Below are positions 35,852-49,074 of a DNA stretch of 64,000 nt, one piece after another. Position 1 is the first letter of the stretch, and every line of letters starts with the position of its first letter. A model generated the notes under the pieces. That model was not told the DNA's origin. It did not search any database and was given only the letters and a program-made list of their open reading frames with translations. The stretch covers positions 220,100,001 through 220,164,000 of the forward strand of contig OZ024742.1 in NCBI GenBank assembly GCA_964016885.1, in the 5' to 3' direction. The stretch is from Eledone cirrhosa (Eukaryota). A program made the translations under genes and the position numbers.

Positions 35852-38039
35852 CAGGGGTCACCAAACTTTTTCCACAGTGAGCCGGATAACTGAAAGAATG
35901 ACGAGCGCGGGCCACATAATCATTCTGTTCAATACTTGCAAGCCAGAACGAAAGCTCTGGGAAAAAAGACAAAACACTACGTTTAGCATTCCATGTTAAT
36001 CATGGGTGAGTGGCATGCAATGCACAAAAAACAAAGACAACCAACATATTTATTTACTAAAAAGTTATCAAAGAAGGCAACGTTAGCAAAAATATAGTTA
36101 CATCAGACCTAGTGTGCACATATCCGAATCTTACAAACTAAGCAGCAAAAAAGGTTAGTGAGATTTGTGAAACTGACGTTTGGTTTTCAAGATATCATCA
36201 ATGTTTGGTTTGGAATTGCTGCATCCAATCAAGAGAATTGCTTTCAAATGTCCATCAGTCAATCTCGTTCGATGTGTTGACTTCACATACTTCATTTTTG
36301 AAAATGTTTGCTCACAGACATAAGTTGTTCCAAACAATGATGCCATAGCAGCGGAAAATTTCTTCAATTTCGGAAACTCAACATCAGGTAAGAAGCGGTA
36401 AAATTCAACAAGTTTTCCTTCTCTGTGCTTCTCTTTCAACAAGTCATTTACTTTCAAATCAATGAGCTCCAACTGTAGTTCAACTGGCTCATCATCAAGG
36501 TTACAATCAAACGGATTCTGGAACAGAAGAATGTCACTCTCAATTCTGTCGAGATCTGAAAATCTCGACAAAAAATGCTTCTTCAAGTCACGAATAATCT
36601 TTTTAGGAAAGTCGAGGTTGACATCTTCAGCAATTGTAGCGCAAAACTCTTTGAAACAGTGAAAATGAGAGAAGTTTTCTCCTTCCACTTGTGCTTCAAA
36701 CAATGACAGCTTTCTCCGAAATCCTTTGATGATTCTGTAGAGATCACAGATGAGGTTATCCTTTCCCTGAAGTTTCAAGTTCAGTTCATTCATGTGGGAT
36801 GTGATGTCGACCAAAAATGACAACTTTGACAGCCAGGTAGGATCTTCGGTGAGAAAAACATCTATTTCATTTCGGAGCTTTTAAAAACGAAACAGGACTT
36901 TACCACAGCTGAGCCACTTCACTGCTGTGTGATAAGGCAAGTCACAGAAATCAGAATCAATTTCTGGAACTGACGGTGATTGAGTGCATGTCCCCGAATG
37001 AAGTTCACAGAAGAAACGACTGGTTTCAGTACACAAGAAATATCCAAGTCTTTCCCACAGAGTGCTTGCTGATGTATGATACAGTGTATGAATAGAGCAC
37101 CCGGAATTTGCAAATCTTCCAACTGAGTCCTGATCTGCCCGACCAGACCCTTCCTCACTCTAGCCATGTTTTTTCCTCCATCAACTGTAACACCTCGAAG
37201 CTGATTCCACTGAAGGTTATAGTCTTGCAAAGTTTTCTGCACTTCCATGAAAATGTCTTTTCCAGTTGTTGTTCCATGCACGCAGGAAACGGATGCCAAC
37301 TCTTCCGTTATCTGAAAGTACAAATTGACACCACGAATGAACACGAGAAGTTGTGACGTACTCGAGAGATCAGTAGACTCGTCCAGCGCCAGAGAATACC
37401 ACAAGTTCCTAGCTTTCTCGCGTATCTGTAGCACTATGTTCTCTCCAAGTTCTTCTGTTCTCTGCACAACTGAACTTGCCGAAAGGCTGATACTTCCAAA
37501 CAAATCGGCTTTCTCAGGACACAAGTCATTTGCTGTTTCCATCATACACTCTTTGATGAAGTTGCCATCAGTAAACGGTTTTCCTCCCTCTGCCAACTTA
37601 TGCACTATTTTGTAACTTGTACGAGTGACAGATTCATTTTCAGCAAACTTTCTCGTGAAGAGATTTCTTTGAGTTTATAAACCACGTTTCATGGACTCAT
37701 ATTTCTTAGAGCGTAACTTTCCAGAAAACTTTGAATATGTTGATAGATGTTTTGTTTCATAGTGACGCCGAAGATTGTACTCTTTCGCTGCATACCACGC
37801 AACTAGCTTTCTGGTCCTTTGTTTCCACAAAGAAGTACTTTACTCCCCATTCTTCCTTGAAAACGCGACACTCGGCGTCCACTTTTTTTTTCTTAAAGGG
37901 TGAAGAAAATGGGATCTGAAAATGAAAAAGACATTGAATTAGAAACATCTCGTGTTCCATCCGTTTTATCACGCATATGCAAGTACCGTCGGCGGGCCTG
38001 ATGAACTGACGTCGCAGGCCGTAGTTTGGTGACCCCATG
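35852..38039 (-). mobile_element. hAT DNA transposon, Buster/SPIN/Charlie-like, full-length with TIRs and 8-bp TSD
   Basis: TIRs CAGGGGTCACCAAACT and AGTTTGGTGACCCCATG. TSD CACTAGAG at 35844-35851 and 38040-38047 (nnnTAnnn). Confidence 0.95.
36155..37900 (-). pseudogene. hAT transposase (GTF2IRD2/SPIN-like), frameshifted
   Basis: KKKKVDAECRVFKEEW..CVVC, SLALDESTD, VTVDGGKNM, HCIIHQQALC, LNLKLQGK, FGTTYVCEQTFSKMK...RTRLTDGHL. Confidence 0.92.
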
Positions 38040-38771
38040 CACTAGAGCATTTAGCAAGGGCTATCAAATTCTAGGAAGGCTTGGTAGAAGCAGTAGATAG
38101 CTTCTGCTACCTGGGTGACCAAATTAGTAGCAGACGTGGGTTTTCTGAAAGTACAGTAGCCAGAGTGAGAACAGGATGGAAGAAGTTCAGGGAACTACAA
38201 TCACTACTAGCTACAAAAGGCTTTTCCCTCAAAATGAAAGGCAGATTGTATGACGCATGTATACTAGCAGCAATGTTGCATGGTAGTGAGGCCTGGGCAC
38301 TGTGTAAAGAGTAGAAAGAAATGAAGCTTGCATGCTTTGATGAATGTGTAAAGCCTAAACAAACAGAAAGAGAGACTAGGCATAAGAGGAATCAGATGCA
38401 ATGTGCAGGAGTGGAAATTGCATTGGTATGGACATGTGATATGTATGAAAGATGACAGCTGTATAAAAATGTGCAGAGCACTCAAAGTTGATGGAAACTA
38501 TGGAGTCGGAAGGTCCAGGAAGATCTATAGTATTATGCAGTAATACAGAAGGCCTGCCTTCCCATGAGCACAGGCTGAAGCATACATATAGTATTCACCA
38601 CATTCCACTCTATCCCTCGTTCCATACACCTCCCATGAGCACAAACTGAAGTATACATCTGGTAAACACCACCTTCCTCCTCCTTCCATACACCTCCCAC
38701 ATCCTAACACTCTGCCCCTCATACATGCCCATATACCCACCTCCTTAATCCCCACATACAATTCCCACCAA

Positions 38772-39070
38772 AGTCCCAGCCCACACTGTAAAGTGATCGT
38801 GTAGGTGTCACGACAAAAAGCACCCAGCCCACACTGTAAAGTGGTCGTGTAGGTGTCACGACAAAAAGCACCCAGCCCACACTGTAAAGTGGTCGTGTAG
38901 GTGTCACGACAAAAAGCACCCAGCCCACACTGTAAAGTGGTCGTGTAGGTGTCACGACAAAAAGCACCCAGCCCACACTGTAAAGTGGTCGTGTAGGTGT
39001 CACGACAAAAAGCACCCAGCCCACACTATAAGGTGGTCATGTAGGTGTCACATCAAAAAACACCCAGTAC
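38772..39070. repeat. 48-bp tandem repeat (about 6 copies) inside a SINE-like 3' module
   Basis: Unit cacccagcccacactgtaaagtggtcgtgtaggtgtcacgacaaaaag. About 3 diverged units on the minus strand at 57300-57450. Confidence 0.95.
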
Positions 39071-41241
39071 TCACCATAAATGGGATTGGCCTTAGGGAAA
39101 AAATCCAGCTGTAGAAACCAAGCCAAAATCAGTTCTGTATAAGCAAAACATGATCACCTGACCTGGCCTATCTCACAAAAGACAACTCGTCTAACCCATA
39201 CTAGCATAAAAAAATGGACGTTAAATGGTGATGATGGTGTACACAGTAGAATAGTGAATATAAAAGTGAGTGAACACATTATAGCAATAACTATAGTACA
39301 ATAGTCAATCTGGCTCATGTGTTTGATTGTTTGGTAGGTGATCAGGTGGCTGGCCAGCTCCTGAAGTTAGTGTTGCAAAGGGTTAAATCATTTATATCAC
39401 AGAACTCCAGGAGCCCTCATGTACACTGGTGTAGCCATCCTTGTGCTATCCAACATGTCCATTAAAGTTGCCTGAATGAAAACCAATTGAATACCAGTGG
39501 AATGCCATGGCAAAAAAGTAAGCAAATGGAATATTGCGTTTATGAGGTACAGTTGCTTCACACCGCAATGGAAAGAAAATACCATTAGTCATAATTCCAA
39601 AATGTTAATGTCATTATTCAAGTACTACAGCAAGTAGTCTAGTAATCTATGAAGATATGAACAAATAGGTTAGATAATTATATGAATAATGATTTATATA
39701 AGGTAAGCAATGCTGACCTTGCTACTTAGGAATACATGCCATTGCTGAATACCTATATACATAAGAATGTTTCACATACCAATAGACATCATTAATTTTT
39801 GTAGCTAGAAATATCATCATCATAAAAAAATGATGGTTTAATTACAAAGAATTCTCATAAAACAACTGAAAGTAATTGAACTGCAGAAGTCAAAAGCAAA
39901 CATTTAAAAACTAATGTATCATGTCCATAATGATATTTTTTTATATAGATCTGATAGATTTGTGTAGTGACCTCACATAGCATTTATATAAATTCAGTTA
40001 TAAGCTTCTGCATATTTCTCTTTGTGTCAGTTTCAACCACTAACTAACCTGCAAATATTGCAGATTCAGCCAATCACCACAATGCATTGCCATCACATAT
40101 TTCTGTAATCTCAGCTTATTCTCCTGGAAACAACACTTGATGCTGATAATTCCCAAGCTTACTAGATAACAACATTTGTCTACTATTTTTAGTGCCACCT
40201 CATTGCAGCTCAGGATTATTATATATACAACAGGTTTAATTGTTTCTTGTGTCAGACCAATTGGAGAGCATTGTGTGAAAACTTAGTCTAACGGAAATGA
40301 AACTACATCTTTTATGCAGTCACTGCTGGCAACGTATTTCTATTTATAATCATTCAATACAATAAAAGGGAGCATGGATAGTTGAATTATTTGTTTATTT
40401 TTTTGTTTTGTTTTGTTTATTTTACATGGCATAGTGAAAGAAAGTGCCTATGACATTTTTAAACTCTGGAACTGATTCAAATGGTATGTAATTTATTATG
40501 AGTACTGTCAAGCCAAATAAGGGTGTTAAGCAGGGGCTAGATTAAATCTACCACACAAGAACAGATGTAGTCACTCTGACAGGCTTTCATACAGTTTCAT
40601 TTAATTAAATTTCACACACAATGCACCTTACATAAATGTCTTCCACTATAGATTCAGGTCAAGCCATGTAATTACAAAATGAAACTCTTAACCATACAGC
40701 TATGCCTGTGCTCTGTTTATAGAGAACTGAAGGATTATTAAGAAGTCAGCTGTTCATATTCTGTTAAAAGAACTGTGTCTAAGTTCAAGAGACATTACTC
40801 TCAAATAGACAAGTACACAAAACACTTGGGATGTGAAGGAAACAATTATTGCTGCATGCAGTAGAAGTAGAATTGATAATAACCAAATAGAGATGTGACT
40901 TGTTAAATAAATAGTAACAAGTATTGTATGTTACACATATCTCTCAATAAACAGAGTTAATGTAGTGCTCACTTAGTTTTGAAAGAGTATATAGGAATAA
41001 GAAAGTTCACACTATATATATATATAAGAGAGATGTTTATTTGTTGGTTGAATCACATGCAAACTACACACACACACATACACTCTAAAGAGAGTGACAC
41101 AGAGGGAGAGACAGAAAAAGAGATATAGACAGTTATACAGAGAGAGATACAATTAAAGTATTAGCTATACAAAGAGAGAGTAACGTCCCATGGAAGTCTA
41201 GAAACGGCTTAAACTATAGAACCTTTGATCTATAGGAAGGT

Positions 41242-43005
41242 TTAACCCGTTCTGACTCTAGCTACTGTACTTTCAGAGCACCCTCCACCACTGCTGCTTT
41301 TGTCACCCAGGTAACGGAAGGTGTCCACTATTTCTATAGAACCATCTGTGCCATGGAATGAGCTAGTATTCTGTGGGCACTTGCTGCTACTTATTGCACC
41401 TGAGCACTGGCTACATATAAAATCTATATTCTTAGTTAGCTTACCTGTGATCCCACTACATCTTTTATGCACCCATACTTTGCATTTGGGACATAAAATA
41501 GAGTTTCTGCCTACTCCTTTCCTACACACTGAGCATGGCCATTTCCCAGATGGGACCAGTACCCTATTTTCCTTCCTACAAACTAGAACTTTAGTCTTAG
41601 ACAGGTTAATTTTAAGGCCTTTTGATTCTAGGCCATGCTTCCATGTTTGGAATTTCTTCTCTAGTTCAGCCATTGATTCAGCTATGAGCGTTAGATCATC
41701 TGCATATAGGAGTTCCCATATGTTATAGCCTGAAGGGCAATAATAAATAGTAGGGGGCTAAGGGCGGAGCCCTGATGAACACCAACTTTTACGCTAAACT
41801 CTTCACTATATTCGTTGTTAATTCTAACCTTGCTGACTGTTTCTTTATACATGGCTTGTATAGCTCTCACAAGCCATTCATCAACACCTAGATTTCTAAG
41901 AACCCACCAGATAATCGAGTGAGGTACTCTGTCAAAGGCTTTCTCCAAGTCAACAAAAGCTAAGTATAGGGGTTTGCTTTTAGCTAGGTACTTCTCCTGT
42001 AGTTGTCGTACAATGAAAAGAGCATCTGTTGTACTTTTACCTGACACAAACCCGAACTGCATTTTCATCTAGATCAATTCGCTCTCTGATTAGTTGAGCT
42101 ATTACTTTTTCTGTGACCTTCATGACCTGGTCAATTAATTTAATGCCTCTATAGTTTCCCCTATCTAGGGCATCTCCATTACCCTTGTAGCAGTTAATGA
42201 TGATGCTGCTATGCCAGTCCTTCGGAACGACCCCATTCTGTATGACTTGGTTTACTATCCGGGTGACCATAGTGTGTCCCACCGTTCCAGATGCTTTCAG
42301 TATTTCAGCAACTATTTCTGAAGGCCCAGCCGCCTTGCCTGTCTTCATGTCTTTGATCGCCTTACTTATACTACCTTCAACTTGCACTGCTGGTCCCTCT
42401 ATTGGATCGATGTGGGGGAGACTGTCTTTCTCCCATTTATTCTCCTCATTTAGTAGCCTTTCGTAATGACACTTCCAAGCTACCTTCTTATCAGCGTCAG
42501 TGATGGCAAGTACACCATCATCATTAAGGACACATTTCTCCCAGACAATATCATGGTTTTCTTTGACACATTGCATAGCAATCCTGAACACCTCACGTTT
42601 TTGGTCCTCACGTTGTAGAACATGCTTGAACTTTCTTTCCTCTGCTTCCCTTCTTGCGAAGTACACTTGTCTCCTAGCTTCCCTTCCTGGCCACTTGATA
42701 GTCTTCTCTACTTCCCCCATCCTGCCATGCTTTCCAAGCCTGCTTTTTGGCCTTGATTGACCCCTCCACCTTACTGTTCCACCACCAAGTTACTCTCCTC
42801 CTGCCTATAGGTCTGCTCCAGCCACAGATTTCATCTGTCGCCTTCAGCAGGTTAGCTTTCAGGAATTCCCACTGTTCCTCTATATTGTACGACTCTAATT
42901 GCTCTTCCTTACTATCAAAAGCATCAAGTAATATGCTTTTAAATTTCTTACTGGTTGTGGGGTCCTTTAGCTTCCATATTTTTCTCCTGATGATAGTCCT
43001 CTTCT
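41242..43005 (-). mobile_element. RTE-clade LINE fragment (RT with PHD insert), truncated at both ends
   Basis: TWWWN, KAAGPSEI, NYRGIKL, QFGF, AFVDLEKAFDRVP, GVHQGSALSPLLF, LLYADD, KINLSKTK, PHD motif, FRYLGD. Confidence 0.92.
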
Positions 43006-43093
43006 GTTGTCGAGTACGTCTCGTCCTGACTATGAGGTTGCTAATTATGAGTATGTTGAGAGGTGAATTCTTCATAGGGGGGGGGGGATTTAG

Positions 43094-43112
43094 TGTTTAC
43101 ACACAAGTGTGT

Positions 43113-43167
<55 letters not shown>

Positions 43168-43276
43168 TGTGTGTGTCTGTGTGTGTCTGTGTGTGTGTGT
43201 GTGTGTCTGTGTGTGTGTGTGTGTGTCTGTGTGTGTGTGTGTGTGTCTGTGTGTGTGTGTGTGTGTCTGTGTGTGT

Positions 43277-43308
<32 letters not shown>

Positions 43309-43415
43309 CTGTGTGTGTCTGTGTGTGTCTGTGTGTGTCTGTGTGTGTCTGTGTGTGTCTGTGTGTGTCTGTGTGTGTGTCTGTGTGTGTCTGTGTCTGT
43401 GTGTGTGTGTGTGTG
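43094..43415. repeat. (GT)n/(GTCT) compound microsatellite
   Basis: Direct reading. Confidence 0.98.
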
Positions 43416-44758
43416 AGAGCTATTGAGATTGACGAATATAGCATACGGGAGGCAATTAAAGAAATGAAGAATGGTAAGGCTGCTGGACCGTCGGGGATAG
43501 TTGCTGAGATGCTGAAGGCATCAGGTGAAGTAGGCATTAAACTGGTTGCATGCATCATCAATCAAGTTACATATGGTGGTGTCATACCCAAAGACTGGTG
43601 CAGCAGTATTCTCATAAATTGCTACAAAGTTAAAGGGGATGCTCTAGAGAGGAGCAATTATAGGGGAATAAAGCTGATGGATCAGGTTATGAAAGTGGCA
43701 GAGAGAATATTAGCGCAACTGATTAGGGAAAGGGTCAAATTAGATGAGATGCAGTTTGGTTTTGTGCCTCGGCAAAGTACAACAGATGCCCTCTTCTTAG
43801 TGAGACAACTACAAGAGAGGTTCTTAGAGAAGAATAAGCCACTACACTTAGCTTTTGTGGGACCTAGAGAAGGCCTTTGATAGGGTACCCCGATCTGTCA
43901 TCTGGTGGTCCCTAAGGAAACTAGGTGTAGAGGAATGGCTTGTGAGGGCAGTGCAAGCTATGTACAGGGGTGCTGTCAGTCAAGTGAGAGTAAGTATGGA
44001 GTTTAGTGGGGAATTCCAGATACAAGTAGGTGTACATCAGTGTTCGGTCCTCAGCCCGCTCTTGTTCATTATAGTCCTCCAAGCCATAACAGAGGAGTTT
44101 AAGACTGGATGGCATGGGAACTTCTCTATGCTGATGATCTGGCTCTTATAGCAGAATAGGTAGAGGAGCTAGAGAATAAATTCTGGCTATGGAAACAGCT
44201 GTTGGAATCAAGAGAACCGAGAGTGAACATAGCTAAGACAAAAGTGTTGATGAGTAGAAGAGAGGACAATACTCCATTTCCATCAGGGAAGTGGCCATGT
44301 TCGATATGTAGGAAAGAAACTGGCATAAATTCCATAAAATGTACACAATGCAGATCTTGGGTACACAAGAGATGTAGTGGGATAGCAGGCAAACTAACAG
44401 GTAGGGGAAACTACGTATGCAGTAGATGTACAGGGAAAGTTGACAGTAGTAATCGCAGTTATAGACACATTTTTCCAATATAGGTGGGTTCTAAAGAAGT
44501 GGTTGATAGCTTCCGGTACCTAGGTGATCAGACCGCTGGATAAAGAAGTGCCAAGAAATCCCAGTAGAAGGAAGACGCAGTAGAGGTTGACCAAGTAAAA
44601 CATGGGCGGAGGTGGTGAAAGCAGACCTCAGATCACTGAAACTCACCAAAGAGATGACAAAGGACAGTGACAAGTGGAGAGATGCTGTGCTGAATAGGAC
44701 CCATCCAACTCTTGCAAACAGGGAAAAGTGGACGTAAAATGATGATGATGATGATGAT
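43416..44758 (+). mobile_element. RTE-clade LINE, 5'-truncated, internal deletion near 44530, (GAT)n tail
   Basis: KAAGPSGI, NYRGIKL, QFGF, DLEKAFDRVP, GVHQ, YADD, PHD motif, then 3' end ...cagggaaaagtggacgtaaaatgatgatgat. Confidence 0.92.
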
Positions 44759-44894
44759 ACATATAGGTTATTAGGTGTGTAGCTTGTAGTTACTAGTGGC
44801 GACGCTGGTCGAAGCACTCGAATCTGTTACTGTGTCCGTCTCTCATTCGGTTGTGCTCCAGGTTTAAGGCGGCTGTAGTTTGCAAAGTGTATAT

Positions 44895-45045
44895 AAAGTG
44901 ATAATAAGAATTGAAGCTTTTTGTAAACTTTATTTCATATTACAATTTGTTTCCATACCAACCAGCTTGGGTGATCATGTGATCCCGAAACAAATTGTAA
45001 TATGAAATAAAGTTAACAAAAAACTACAATTCTTATTGTCCCTTA
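44895..45045. repeat. Fold-back with partial hammerhead (probable PLE pseudo-LTR remnant)
   Basis: aataagaattg..aactttatttcatattacaatttgtttc pairs with gaaacaaattgtaatatgaaataaagtt..caattcttatt. The right arm is preceded by hairpin gatca-tg-tgatc, then ccGAAAC-AAATT-GTA. Confidence 0.7.
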
Positions 45046-45234
45046 TGTATATATGCACCGAAACATCTGAAACCTGCAGCAGACAACTGATGAGGGGAAC
45101 TGTCTATCTCTATGTTTGTGTTTCCTTTACTTTCTAAACATTCGTTATTAGCTCATAATAGTGAGAGATGGTGAAGGTGAGAGAGATGGAGGTGATGACA
45201 GTGGGAGTTCAGCTCTTTCGTATTCGGACCTGGA

Positions 45235-45488
45235 CAGTAGCATGCAGGGGAGGGGGGGTGCATTGACCCCGGGCATCTTTTGGATCATTTGGGGAAACAA
45301 ACTTAATAAATTTGATTGATTTATATCAAAATGAATAAAGCATTTATTTCATGTTTCATCTATGTTTATATATTCAATATGTTTTCCTTTCTTATAATAT
45401 ATCTCAGTATATTAGGTCTTATACTTGAGTCTTTGGGGCATACAATCAAGATTTGCCCTGGGCATCACCAGAGCTCTGCACGCCACTG
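45235..45488. mobile_element. hAT-type MITE
   Basis: TIRs cagtagcatgcag and ctgcacgccactg (consensus CAGTGGCGTGCAG). Flanks gacctgga and gaccgggt match 6/8 (degenerate 8-bp TSD). Confidence 0.65.
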
Positions 45489-48405
45489 GACCGGGTGTAT
45501 GTGTGTTTGCTTCTATTCATTCGATATGATACACATATTGAGAAGTAATTTAAACAAAGCTACGAGCAACAAGAAAATATGCTGGTACCTTCTCTCAGGA
45601 TACTAATATACAACCACTGATTCCAACTATTTGTACTATCATATATTTTGGTTTCTATTAATTCCCAGAGGATTTGTTTGACCTAATGCTTTGCTTAACT
45701 GTTTTATTTGTTTTATCTTCTAATTGTTATTCTTTCTCTAAGACTTCAGATATTTTTTGAAAGCAAAGCATTAGCCCTTGAAATACTATGGTGGGCCCAC
45801 TTGCCATCGGGCAACCTGGCAACCTAGCCAGTCTGCCACTGGCTCTGTCTGAAACTCGAGACGTATCCCATTAAATGTCTCCCCAAAATCCATGTCTTGC
45901 CACAACAAGGACTGAAATAGTTGGTGGAATTTGAATAGAGAATGTAAAGAATTTAAGGGCTGAAACATTTGTTTGCGGGGTATTTTTTTTTTCTCTGAAG
46001 ACCCCTGCTGTTCTGCTCTCCTCCAACATTTTAGCATCTCTGGCCATTTATTATGCAAGATTGCTACTTTTTTTATTGGCCTCAAAGGATGAAAGGCAAA
46101 TTTGCCCATAGCAGAGAGCCAGAAAATATATTGCACACATTCAATAACATAGCTGACATTAGGAAAGGCATCTAGCCATAGAAACCAAGCCATAATACAG
46201 ATCCATATGAGCATGATTTGTTCTCCGGACCTGACTTTTCTCATAACATGACAACTCATTTAACCCATGTAAGCAAGGAAAATGGATGTTAAATGATGAT
46301 GATGATTCTATGATTTCATAATTATTCTGTCAATTCATCATTTTTTTCAAAATCTAAAGTACTAGTAGTAACTACCCTTAAATATGTACCCTAAACTCAA
46401 CATATGTAAGCTAACAAACCACTTATTGAATTATCAGTTACTGCCGTTATATGAGGTGAAAAGCCCTTCCTAATTTGCTCTAGCTATTTCCAGCTAGGTA
46501 GACCAAGCTAGTTTAGTGATAAATGCCCAGGACACAAAAAAACAATGCTGATGACATGACACCAGCAGCTGCCCTCCCAGCTGGTAGCTAAACATCCCAT
46601 CAACTAGGAATTCTAAGTGATTACTGTTTTTAAATTAATTACTTACAAACATGCTGTGTATCCTGATCACTAATAAAATATTTATGTGAGGCTATATCAT
46701 GTGTATATTTGTTACAGCTGTATTCATGATAATAAATAATTTATAATCATAAGTACAGTTGTGCTGGGATTATTATTTCAATTCAGAAAAACCACTGATT
46801 AACAACACACAGATTTTATAGATCTGAAAAGATAAAAGTTATTTACAAACACTTAATATTTTTATTGTAATTTTCAATTCCATTTTGCTTTTTATCCTTC
46901 AAATATTTCCCTATTTATTTCTGTAGTTTGCTAATGGATGGGGATGGAGAAATTGATTGATAAGATCCCAGACTTTTCTTGAGACTTTCTATCCATTAAG
47001 TACTGGGGTTGATTTCATCAACGTTATCCTTCCCCCAAATGTTCTGATCTTGTGCTTAAATAAGAAATTAATATTAAGTTAGCATAGAATAACTTTATAT
47101 GGAATATCTTCACTGTGTATGACATAGATAGAGTTTGATTGAGAAGATCCCAGATCTTTGCTTATGGAGTAGGGTGGAATTTGTCAAATTAGACCAAGGA
47201 AACAATCTTTCCATTGCTGATATTAACTCCAGGTTGCAACTCCTGGCAGAAAGCGCAGCATGAAATAAAGAGTCTCATTGAAGGAAATAATATATCGACC
47301 AGTCCGGAAATCAAGCTTGCAACCTCACAATTGTGAATCCAATTATCTAACCACTAAGTCACTAAATTTGTTAATACTAAATGAATCTTATCATCATCAT
47401 TGTTTTTAAATCTACTATTTTTGCTGGCATGGGCTGGATGAGACTATTTGAGACAGTACTCTACAACCAGATATCATTCCTGATGTAAACCTATGCTTGT
47501 TTTTAAGTAAGCTATGTATTCTGTTGGTTTACACACAACAAACCACCAAGAATTTGGACATGGAAAATGTCCCCAGCAACCCAGAAGAGTTGAAGGGTGG
47601 GGGGCAGCCTTGCCAAAAGTATAGGACTCAGTGATATCATTGGACCCTTGCCAGAATTAAGGGGATTGATGTCACATAAGCAGAAGAATGAGCGATGTGG
47701 GTCTTTTTTCCTTTGGCTTTTGTAATTGTCCAGAAACCTAGGACATATACCGAAGCTCAAATGGTATAGGTTAGTTGGGTAGGACAAATATATCCCATCT
47801 AGACAAGTTTAATGCTAGGAGAGGACCTGTATATATATATATACAAAACAGACTTCCAATTTCTATTTCAAGGCTATAGTAAAAGACATGTCTGTACCCA
47901 TATGCAGTGTATTTTTATAATGATTACTTTTTTAATTACTCAGTTACAATCCTACTAACCGCAAAAGCATTCAATTTAAGGCTTTTAACAGGAATAACAT
48001 GTTTTTTGCCAGGTCAACTTTGCCTTTCATCCTTTCGAGGTCATTTAAAAGTACCAGTCTATTACTGGGTTCAATTTTTCCTCTATATCTCTTTCTCACT
48101 TTCTATCCATTAAGTACTGAAGTTGATTTAATCAAAATTTCTGACCTTGTGTTTAAATAAGAAATTAATATCAAGTTACCATAGAAACATTTTACATGGA
48201 ATATCTTCACTGTGTATGATATAGATAGAGTTTGATTGAGAAGATCCCAGATCATTTTCTTACTGAGTTGGATGGAACTCATCAAATTAGACCAATTTGG
48301 CAGAAGGAGCAACAGGAATTGAACTTGCCATGTGGCTTATTGGTTAGAGAATACACATTAGAAAATGAATACAATAAATAGATAAATAAAATGATTACGT
48401 TAAAC

Positions 48406-48445
<40 letters not shown>

Positions 48446-49074
48446 ACCTGGAATTTACTTTCATATGTTCAATATAATATTATATTTCATTCTTTAATAA
48501 TGTAAATTAACTTAAAACACATAAATCATTTGTTAATTTAAAAGTGATTTACAATATAATTATTCTGTGTTTATGTTCAATAGAAAATAACTCATACTTA
48601 TAATACAGGAAAATAGATATTTTTTCTTCTCTTCTCTAATGGTAATGACGATAATGAGATGAGAATTAAGACAACAAATAATTGGGAGAAACATAATACA
48701 AAAAAATAAAAATAATGATTATTTTTTTGATAACCCCAAAACTGAAGAATCTTACTCATCATCATCATAAGATGATGGTGATGAAAGATAGGATTCTTTT
48801 CTACAATGTGAATATAATTAATTCTGTAGATCCCCACCACATACACTCACGCAGACACAGAAACGCACACACGCATACATGCATGCACACACCTTAACAC
48901 ACGCATGCACACACACACACAATCTGAATATTACCTTTTTATTGAACATTAATTGATAGTCTCTGAAACCTCAAAATTCAATATTCTAGATAGATTTCAG
49001 AATTTTGATTGGCGTCATGTTGCTGTATTAAAAGAAAAATGGTTGGATGTCAACTAGATGCCAAATGACTAATT

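Larger units (their letters stand above)
35372..38525 (+). mobile_element. Internally deleted RTE (PHD-insert family) interrupted by the hAT element
   Basis: KGKGDALDRVNFRGIKL...VNLTKTKVL...WPYSVCRKG at 35372-35850 continues as VDSFCYLGD...RVRTGWKKFREL...AMLHGSEAW at 38081-38314. Confidence 0.85.

Noticed and set aside
36155-37900. Domesticated GTF2IRD2/ZBED-like host gene
   Set aside because: Bounded by TIRs and a TSD, frameshifted, and inserted inside a LINE.
39397-39585. Minus-strand acceptor ttttcattcag followed by an ORF, as a host exon
   Set aside because: Another frame reads GNFNGHVG*HKDGYTSVHEG, matching the RTE endonuclease motif GDFNGHVG...VHGG, so it is a LINE remnant.
43093-43561. 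Long CV/TH-rich, poly-V/T (34344-34640), RE/SL-rich (58940-59442) and hydrophobic (55581-56433) ORFs
   Set aside because: Translations of microsatellite or low-complexity DNA.
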